The notes beneath the pieces were generated by a model that worked only from the letters and a program-made list of their open reading frames with translations, searched no databases and was not told the origin of the DNA. From Glycera tridactyla (Eukaryota): DNA of 64,000 nucleotides. Shown here in pieces: positions 54,901 to 64,000 of this stretch (positions within the stretch are counted from its first letter, which is position 1; the number at the start of each line of letters is the position of its first letter). The DNA lies in the NCBI GenBank assembly GCA_965644265.1, contig OZ286466.1, forward strand, positions 15,810,001 through 15,874,000. The letters run 5' to 3'. Made by a program: the position numbers and the translations under genes.

Positions 54901-57067
54901 CCTGACTGACAGGCGAGCGAGACGGAAAGAGAAAGCGAGGCGAGATGCGATTCATGTGTGTACTGAGCGTGTGAACGTTGGTGTCTGCTCGTGATTGTTC
55001 ATGAGAGAATCGGTGTCTCCACATGTTCATATAGGTTGAATCTTTCTTTTTCAAGGATGTCTCAATATAGTCCACTCACATGCAGATGTGCTCACACTCG
55101 ATTGACACCAGCCGAAGCAAATGATCTCTCACCAGAAACAGTCCCCGATTTGCACCTCAAATGTTGACCCCATGATACACCAAAGCCAATGGTAATATAT
55201 TCTGTTCATGGTTATATTCGCTATACTTTCTATTCGCCCTTGTAATCGAATGAGGATCGAGGGGCGCCTAAGTTGAACAGACATTGGTTCGAAGGGTGAA
55301 CAATGCTGTGTAGTGAGTTCAACAACCTTGCCACTCTATGTACATTGGCGTACCTGAGTAGGTGTATGGATGGACGTATGTAAGATTCTATCATGTGGTC
55401 TATCATTCTAATGGTGTGATCGAAATCAACCTGAATCCAAAAAACTCCATTTGCCAACTTGAATCGAGGCTGCATCTTTCCAGTGAAGAAGATATTGTAC
55501 GTGGGTGTACATCGATCTATGTATGTNNNNNNNNNNNNNNNNNNNNNNNNNNNNNNNNNNNNNNNNNNNNNNNNNNNNNNNNNNNNNNNNNNNNNNNNNN
55601 NNNNNNNNNNNNNNNNNNNNNNNNNNNNNNNNNNNNNNNNNNNNNNNNNNNNNNNNNNNNNNNNNNATCGGAAATGCCCCCAACCTACCACAATACCACC
55701 CTGGCACACCCCCCCCCCCCATCCTATCGAGGCTCGGGTTTCATCAATCATCTCCTAGTATGCAGTCCTGGGTCAAGTCTGTTTGCACTAGAGTACGGGA
55801 CACGGACATGGGCAGTGCTGGACATCTCATCTTACATCAGTGAAAGATGAGCATGAGTGGTATAACAGAGATGTTATACCACCTACTGTGGCATGGGTAG
55901 GATAACATCTATGGCATAAATGTAAGAGAATATATCGGAGCCAATGCTTCATATCACCATGGACCTGACATGCTCACAGACTTATGGTCCTGACTTCTGG
56001 ATTCTGTGATAAGTACTTCATTTATATAATAGAATCCGTCTAAGGTTCTTCTTAAATAACTATAGGGTATAACCGGTGTATTTCACTATAGTGAAATTCA
56101 TGAATAAATACATATCTTCATCAAAACCTCCGTGACTGGTCATAAACTGTAACAATTTTCATAACACATGATGAACCTTTACATTTTACAAGTAGAATTA
56201 GATGATATGCATAGGATCGAATGAATATTTTTGACATAAGATTTCAAATCAAGTTTCGGAGGATCATCTTCAACGACCTACTGACCTTGATCGACAAGCG
56301 GCGACAGTGTCCGCTTCTGCATGAGCTACTCATTTGGGTATTCCGTTATCTGGACAAGGGGTCAGATGTGATGGATTTAGAAGAGTAAGCCAAACAGACA
56401 TTCGATAGTTCTCGCATGGAAATGGGTGAGCTCATCGAGCTTTGATGTCTCGGAAATCAGAAGTAAGGCTGTGTCATTCATCATACATTGAGTGTGGTCA
56501 CGACAAAGCTCTGCACGCATGTGATCGTAACCTATGCATGATTATAGTCCCTTCTCTCCAGGCTATCCGCAATTCCAACTGCAAACATATCGGGGTGGGT
56601 TGTACTTTATGAGACGAACCTAACCTTATACAGAGAATGTTGCATATTAGTGATGGTGTCCTTACTTTTCTCTTCGTCAAATCAGGTAACATTACTCCAT
56701 GTTCGAAAACATGCATCAGCCTGGTGTATACAGGAGGCAGCCCCCCCCCCCCCCATCCCCGAAAAAAATGGTTATCCTAATCTACACAAGCATCTCACTC
56801 TCACTCGAATTCAGGTCATAACAGCCAATTCGGAGATGTTCGAGTATAACAAAATCAATTTGTATCCTGAAAGAGGATCAAATGGGTCTCCCGAATCGAA
56901 TCCAATGTGTCGGGATAATCGTCGTGATAACAATCTGATCTCTACCAAAGAACAACAGTAACCGTCATAATCGAATGGGGTCTGATCGTGATCGGAAAAT
57001 GCTCCGTAATCCAAGTTGTAGTTCCTTGTGTCTTCAGAATCAAGTCTTTTATGATATTATCCTCGTA

Positions 57068-59237
57068 ACTATAGTATGCTTGCTCCTATAGAGCAGTTGT
57101 ATACGCTGAGACAGATGTAGGCTGAAGGCTCCTGAACAGACTATAATATGCTTGCTCTTATAGAGCAGTTGTATACGCTGAGACAAATGTAGGCTGAAGC
57201 GTTCCTAACAGACAATAGTATGCTTGCTCTTATAGAGCAGTTGCATACGCTGAGACAAATGTAGGCTGAAGTGTCCCTAACAGACTATAGTATGCTTGCT
57301 CTTATAGAGCAGTTGCATACGCTGAGACAAATGTAGGCTGAAGTGTCCCTAACAGACTATAGTATGCTTGCTCTTATAGAGCAGTTGCATACGCTGAGAC
57401 AAATGTAGGCTGAAGTGTCCCTAACAGACTATAGTATGCCTGCTCTCATAGAGCAGTTGTATACGCTGAGATAAATGTAGGCTGAAGTGTCCCTAACAGA
57501 CTATAGTATGCATTCTCCTATAGAGCAGTTGTATACGCTGAGACAAATGTAGGCTGAAGTGTCCCTAACAGACTATAGTATGCATGCTCCTATAGAGCAG
57601 TTGTATACGCTGAGACCAATGTAGGCTGAAGGCTCCTGAACAGACTATAATATGCTTGCTCTTATAGAGCAGTTTTATACGCTGAGACAAATGTAGGCTG
57701 GAGTGTCCCTAACAGACTATAATATGCTTTCTCCTATAGAGCAGTTGTATACGCTGAGACCAATGTAGGCTGAAGGCTCCTGAACAGACTATAATATGCT
57801 TGCTCTTATAGAGCAGTTGTATACGCTGAGACAAATGTAGGCTGAAGTGTTCCTAACAGACTATAGTATGCTTGCTCTTATAGAGCAGTTGCATACGCTG
57901 AGACAAATGTAGGCTGAAGTGTCCCTAACAGACTATAGTATGCTTGCTCTTATAGAGCAGTTGTATACGCTGAGACAAATGTAGGCTGAAGTGTCCTCAA
58001 CAGACAATATTATGCTTGCTCTCATAGCACAACTGTATATGCTAAGACAGATGTAGGCTGAAGGGTCCCTAACAGACTATAGTATGCTTGCTCTTATAGA
58101 GCAGTTGCATACGCTGAGACAAATGTAGGCTGAAGGCTCCTGAACAGACTATAATATGCTTGCTCTTATAGAGCAGTTGTATACGCTGAGACAAATGTAG
58201 GCTGAAGTGTCCCTAACAGACTATGATATGCTTGCTCTTATAGAGCAGTTGTATACGCTGAGACAAATGTAGGCTGGAGTGTCCCTAACAGACTATAGTA
58301 TGCTTGCTCTCATAGAGCAACTGAATATGCCGAGACAAATGTAAGCTGAAGTGTCCCTAACAGACAATTGTATGCTTGCTCCCATAGAGCAGCTATATAT
58401 GCTAAGACAAATGTAAGCTGAAGGGTCCCCAACAGACTATAGTATGCTCGCTGTCATAAAACAGTTGTATACACTGAGGCAAATGTAGGCTGAAGTGTCC
58501 TTAACAGACAATAGTGTGCTTGCTCTCATAGAACAACTGTATATGCTCAGGCAAATGTAGGCTGAAGGGTCCCTAATAGACAATAGTGTGCTTTCTCTCA
58601 TAGAACAGTTTTATACGCTGAGACAAATGTGGGTTGAGGAGTCTCTGACAGACTATAGTATGATTGCTCTAATAGAACAGCTGTATACGCTGAGACAAAT
58701 GAAGGCTGAAGGGTCCCTAACAGACTATAGTGTGCTTGCTCTCGTAGAACAGCTGTATACGCTGAGACAAATGTAGGCTGAAGGGTCCCTAACAGACAAT
58801 AGTGTGCTTGCTCTCGTAGAACAGCTGTATACGCTGAGACAAATGTAGGCTGAAGGCTCCTAACAGACAATAATGTGCTTTCTCTCATAGAACAGCTGGT
58901 GTCAGTTTTATACGCTGAGACAAATGTGGGTTGAGGAGTCTCTGACAGACTATAGTATGATTGCTCTAATAGAACAGCTGTATACGCTGAGACAAATGAA
59001 GGCTGAAGGGTCCCTAACAGACTATAGTGTGCTTGCTCTCGTAGAACAGCTGTATACGCTGAGACAAATGTAGGCTGAAGGGTCCCTAACAGACAATAGT
59101 GTGCTTGCTCTCGTAGAACAGCTGTATACGCTGAGACAAATGTAGGCTGAAGGCTCCTAACAGACAATAATGTGCTTTCTCTCATAGAACAGCTGTATAC
59201 GCTGAGACAAACGTAGGCTGAAGGGTCCTGAACAGAC
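57068..59237. repeat. 72-bp tandem satellite, about 30 units
   Basis: Consensus ACTATAGTATGCTTGCTCTTATAGAGCAGTTGTATACGCTGAGACAAATGTAGGCTGAAGTGTCCCTAACAG. The period is confirmed by tgagacaa at 57251 and 57323. Units are contiguous with no spacers. Confidence 0.98.
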
Positions 59238-60574
59238 GTTGGTTTGCATGCTTAGTTGTGTTCCCTTGAGTCTTCGGAATGGAGCCCAATGGTTGCCTTC
59301 AATTCAAGCGAATGATTATCGACGGAATGAAATGGAATGAGCATGGGATCATCTGGGGCTCATCCTACCAGGTGCCTGGGGGACAGTAATGGTTCAGAAA
59401 CTCGCTGTGGCGTCACAATAAAAAATACAATCATAATCATAGTCTCATCGGATTATGGAGCATGTTTCCAGCTGTGTTTGTTTGATCGATTGGTTGATTG
59501 CTTGACTACTGATTGTACTTTACTGCCCTATCTGGACCTAAAGGATAATGCATGCCGTGTGTTCAAGATGTAGCACTCCGAGCAGACAACATCCTCAAAA
59601 CGCTGATCACGAGATGATGAGGAGCAATGAAGGTTTGTCATGTGGAATTGGCCCAGTTCAGACAAAACTTCACCTACATCAAACACACTAGTGAATCTTT
59701 GGATGGAATCGCTAATCATGTGAGGGACCGGAGTCTAAAACTCAGTCTTATAGCCAAAATCATGTATTATCACCAGAATGATGATGCATCCGGCAAAACC
59801 CAATAGACCGTTCGAGAGGAGTCGCATGATTCATGGCGTGAGTCCTGGTATGGATACGAGGGTACCATGAATGAAATTCATATCAAATGATGATGTAATT
59901 CCTGAACAGTAATGTCCATGAACATATAAACTATTTTACCATCTCAGATCTGTACGGGACTGTATAGAGACTGCTAGTTTCTTCTCAAAATTGACGGATA
60001 ATTCCTTTATCTAGAGTGCATGAGTTAAGCAGGGTAGACCCAGAAATGCATCAATGTAGCCATTATTTTAACCAAGGCGCTCTTCATCTGCTTTCATACC
60101 AAGTTGAAAGCGATTGACAGTTTCCCATTTGGAGCTATAAATAGAGCCAGGTACAGGTTTATACAAAGAATGACATCAGCAGCCAGGTGCAAGTGCAGGC
60201 ATCAGCAGTATTGACAAGGGGCATAACGTGTCATTCTGACGTCATGCCCACTGAAACACACTCACACTCCGCCGACATATGCTCACGCTCATACATCATT
60301 CACACTTCAAAAGGCCTCATATTGCTGGTGAATGGGATGCTTGTCCCTGTCGCGCGACCTCACTCTGCATTCATCACCTCTTATAGCTCTGTGAGGATTT
60401 GTTTATTGCCATGATGGCGATCTCTCCATGCCCTTTGCCCAAACATTCTCAGTGGTTATTATAAACGACGAGTATAAATGGCCGTGGTGAATAATGGGAA
60501 TATTATAGGCTTGTTTGAGATATGTGGTTGGTTTCACTTCGGCCCAGTATCACTGTCTGAGCTTCGCTTCACAT

Positions 60575-60840
60575 TTTTGACTTGCAGATTTCATTTCGGC
60601 CCAATACTAATGTCTGAGTCTAAGATGATCTGATTTCCCAAATGCTGATCTTCGCTATTTCCAGGGAGAGAGACCACCCTGTGAATGTCTGGGATGAATA
60701 GGGGACAAACTACATCGACAAAGGGGCATCTAAAGCTTCTGTCTTTGACACATTTAACTTATGGATTTCATCTCTGCCAAAGACCGCTCTCTGAGCCTGA
60801 TTGGTTCTGATCCCCAAAGGCTGATCCTAGCTATTTATGG
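60575..60840. repeat. Old degenerate duplication, period about 177 bp
   Basis: gatttcat..tctgag..ctgat..cccaaa.gctgatc..gctattt occurs at 60587 and 60764, roughly 70% identical by eye. Confidence 0.55.
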
Positions 60841-62306
60841 GCGAGGGGTATAATGTCGGTATGACGGGACCCTATATCCATCATTCAAATGTGAACCCCT
60901 CTTATTCATGCTTGCATATGTATATGATGAGGAGGAACACTCATTACAGCGCCATTGCCAACCTGAGACCATCGTATTCAGGATGCAAATGAGCACTCAC
61001 ACCATCATCCAGCCTTGGTGCTGTGCAGTACATGTCTATGTCTACGCTTTGAGTTTAATACTAAATAAGAGCTGTAGTCCATGATCTCGATATTTCTTCG
61101 CATTTGAGATCAATACATGGGCATCATAGGACATAGGGCTGAATGGACGAAGTATGCCAAATGTTATTTGTCAAACTCATTCAGTTTCACACCAGATTCC
61201 CCTAATACTGATGCAGCTGAACTGATATGTGACCATACTTCTAAACGAGGGTATCATTCATGTACAAGAGAAAACAATCACAGGTAGAAGGCTGTACCCA
61301 AACGAGGTCAGGCCGAATGAACAGTGCTTCTGAGTTGATAGAATTTCTCACGGTCAAGAAAGTCAAACAAACAAATGACGCTTCGGATATGAATGACGCA
61401 CTGGTTTGTCCCAGCTGTGCTCCAATCCTGAAAATGATATTGTGAGATCTTGTGTAAATCCTGGTATCCTTCACAATAAATTTGGCAAATTAGATTGCTT
61501 GTGTCTGAAATGACCTAAAACACCTCTCCAAATCATTTCGCTTTTCCTAACTTTTTCGAGATGACATAGTGTCTGTCTGGATGGTGATGCATTAATGAAC
61601 AGGGGGAGGGGGTAATGGGGAGCTAATGGTGTGTAAATAGAGCAGAATGATAGATGTCCCCCATTAGCCCATTCGCTAGTCTCCTCTCCTCAATAAACTA
61701 GTTGGCAAAAGTTGCAAACTGGCCCATTCTGCACACATCCTAAATGCCACTGAAAACTCTCGAATGTGTGCCATACCTCTCTAAATACCTGTGAATAACA
61801 ACAAAGTGTTATGATACACGCCATTTTACCTTACGTCACCTCACGTAGCTCCTAGCTGTATCAAGTACTTTCATGATTATATCGCTTGGCATGCGTGATA
61901 CAGTGAAAACATGTAAGCCAACTAAATGTGATCAGACATATTCTAGTCATAAATAGAAACTTCTTAGACATCGATCTTCCACTAAGACAGTGAAATGATT
62001 CAGCTGTATTCGTGATGGTGGTGGTGGCGGTGGTGGTGGAAGTGGTGGTGGTGGTGGTGGTCAATGAAATAGTCAATGAAATAAACTCTCTTTCGATGCA
62101 TAATGCTGAAAATCTGCAGGTCATTATGATGATTTCTCGGTAAAACAAGAGCCATGATGAGCTGATCATATGTACTAATATCAGTGAGGGAAGAGGAGTT
62201 ATGATTGGACCCATTTGTAGCTTTCGGTCGTTCACCGCATTTCTCAGCACTCTCGGTGTATTCACTCATTTGAGACTAATGACAAAGTTGCGTTTTGTTT
62301 TCGAAG

Positions 62307-62418
62307 TTGACCGATTCATCACTGGACTGGCGCGACTTGGTTTTAAACAAGGCGCCAACCTGGAGCGTATTTCCGGTCAGATGCAGGGATTCCCAGGGGT
62401 GACCTCAGTATACTTGCG
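62307..62418 (+). CDS. Candidate exon (DRFITGLARLGFKQGANLERISGQMQGFPGVTSVYL)
   Basis: gttttgttttcgaAG acceptor, CG|GTGAGA donor, open in phase 1-2. Confidence 0.2.
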
Positions 62419-64000
62419 GTGAGAGATTGGATAGAGGATGCAGGGGCTGACGGGTAACCATACCTGTGACGAACTGCGTCAAGGGAAACACACAATCCCG
62501 AGAATTACATTATAGCTTTCATAATTCTAGACTCTCGGATTTTATTATTCAAATATCCAATCGACAAAACGTTCCACGAATCATTAGCGACCAAGCCTAT
62601 TTAGCTTCCTGCTGACGCAATGAAGAGAATTGTTCATTATCTCAATTTTTAGTCTGGTTTATATAATGGAATCACTAGAATAATTGGATAAATGGATGGA
62701 GGGGTGTGAGAACGAATGACTAGAATGAAAGAAAAACGAAGAGTAGTTGACAGACTACATGATAAAGGGATTTGATCCGGAAATGAAGAAAGGAAGGATG
62801 GATACAAGAGAGCAAGACGGACAAAAGGCGGACAGAAAGAATGAGAAAGAATATGAACGAATGAATAGATGATTGTGTGCGCGAAGCATCTCATCCTACA
62901 ATATCCATAGCAGATAGGTTCTACATTGGGAGTTTGACAAATGTTTTTGCGGATAAATGTAAAGATGCATAAATGAAGTGTAACTTCGATCGCCTTATCT
63001 TCCGGGGAACCGTTAGGTTTGGATCATTCCCGCAGGATGAATCAAGTGTGTATGCAGCGCCACCCTGCGTCTGAGCAACACAACGCACCCAATACACGCC
63101 ATTCTTCTTTCATGAATTTGAAACGCCAGATGGCACTCTCACAGTCATGACGACCTGCCGAGCGATGAGTCCGTCGCGGATGTGGTTGAGCACGACAACT
63201 AGTGAAGAAGACTCTTTATTCTTCAGATGACTGATACAATAATTCAAATATAATATATGATCGAAACCTATGAAATATGTACATTAGTACAAACAAATAA
63301 AAGTCAGTGACACACACCTTTTTGGTGCATGATGCTGAAAATACATAGGTAATTATGATGATTTCCCAGTGAATCGAGAGGCATGATAAGCTGCTTATAT
63401 ACACTATTTCAGAGTGAAAATGTGATGAATATAACATATCTTTTGCACATCAGTGGTTACCATTGACCATGAAAATGACTCATCAATTTGGATATGTCAT
63501 GATGATTCCCGAGTCGACTGTATGGTTGGCTTGGTTCGACGTCATATGGGCTATATCATGACGTCCATGTAATGGGCATCGGTGGGGTGACTCCTGCTCC
63601 AAGGGCCCTAATGGAGGTGAGAATATATGAAATTCACAGACACTCAAGGTGTCCTTTCTGTTTATAATGATTATCAAAAAGTATTTTGAATTACAACTGA
63701 CATCAACATATATGTAAAAAAAGAAAGTACTCTGGTGGAAATATCTGGAACTATATTCTAGTATACTATTCACTGGGATTGCACTCTTCATTTCATGAGC
63801 TCGTATCTTTCATACAGAGATGATGAGAAATGTTTGACAGTGATGTGAATGATGCTATACTCCCCATACAGAGGCTGCTTGTCTTCTCTATTGCATTCAC
63901 CACGAATTACGATCAGCGGGACTCAAGTTTTTATTGCAGTTTTCATTAATTCTCGAATATGCATGCCAAGAGGAGGGTATACCCTGAAAACCACCACACT

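Larger units (their letters stand above)
10515..55666. other. Fourteen N-gaps (assembly or masking), mostly adjacent to microsatellites
   Basis: N runs at 10515-10874, 12421-12585, 15321-15477, 19144-19321, 19955-20150, 27968-28256, 40654-40800, 41371-41546, 41564-41706, 44185-44391, 51088-51273, 52278-52443, 54051-54298 and 55527-55666. Confidence 0.98.

Noticed and set aside
56080-56097. Perfect 18-bp palindrome ATTTCACTATAGTGAAAT
   Set aside because: A rough estimate gives about 0.3 such palindromes per 64 kb by chance, and there is no supporting context.
57068-59237. CRISPR array
   Set aside because: Units are contiguous and variable along their whole length with no unique spacers, the context is eukaryotic and there are no cas genes.
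57068-59237. Coding 24-aa repeat (plus frame DYSMLALIEQLYTLRQM*AEVSLT with a recoded TAG, or minus ORF 58598-59185)
   Set aside because: Several synonymous-looking changes caught my eye, but a hand tally of variants was roughly even across codon positions. Some units add a TGA or a 1-bp deletion. The minus frame has a stop in most units.
1-64000. tRNA, rRNA or snRNA genes
   Set aside because: I saw no complete cloverleaf or recognisable rRNA/snRNA sequence by eye. tRNAscan-SE or Infernal would be needed to exclude them formally.

Overview
Animal (metazoan) genomic DNA, probably invertebrate; the species cannot be determined. About 40% GC by eye, very rich in tri- and tetranucleotide microsatellites, with 14 N-gaps mostly at simple repeats. 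The only long real ORF (531-3542) is ORF2 of a 5'-truncated, fairly young non-LTR retrotransposon (RTEX-like) sitting inside an (ACT)n tract. The window also holds a decayed relative of it (35.3-36.6 kb), several CR1/L2-like 3' fragments, a probable RTE relic, a probable Penelope GIY-YIG relic and a 30-unit 72-bp tandem array (57.1-59.2 kb). Candidate regulatory clusters (CTCF, CRE, CLEAR/E-box) are present. Several short splice-bounded open segments may belong to a large-intron host gene, but I could not recognise a protein family, so they are low confidence. I found no convincing novel multi-gene system. The best leads are LINE target and 3'UTR biology, the architecture of the 72-bp array and the motif clusters.
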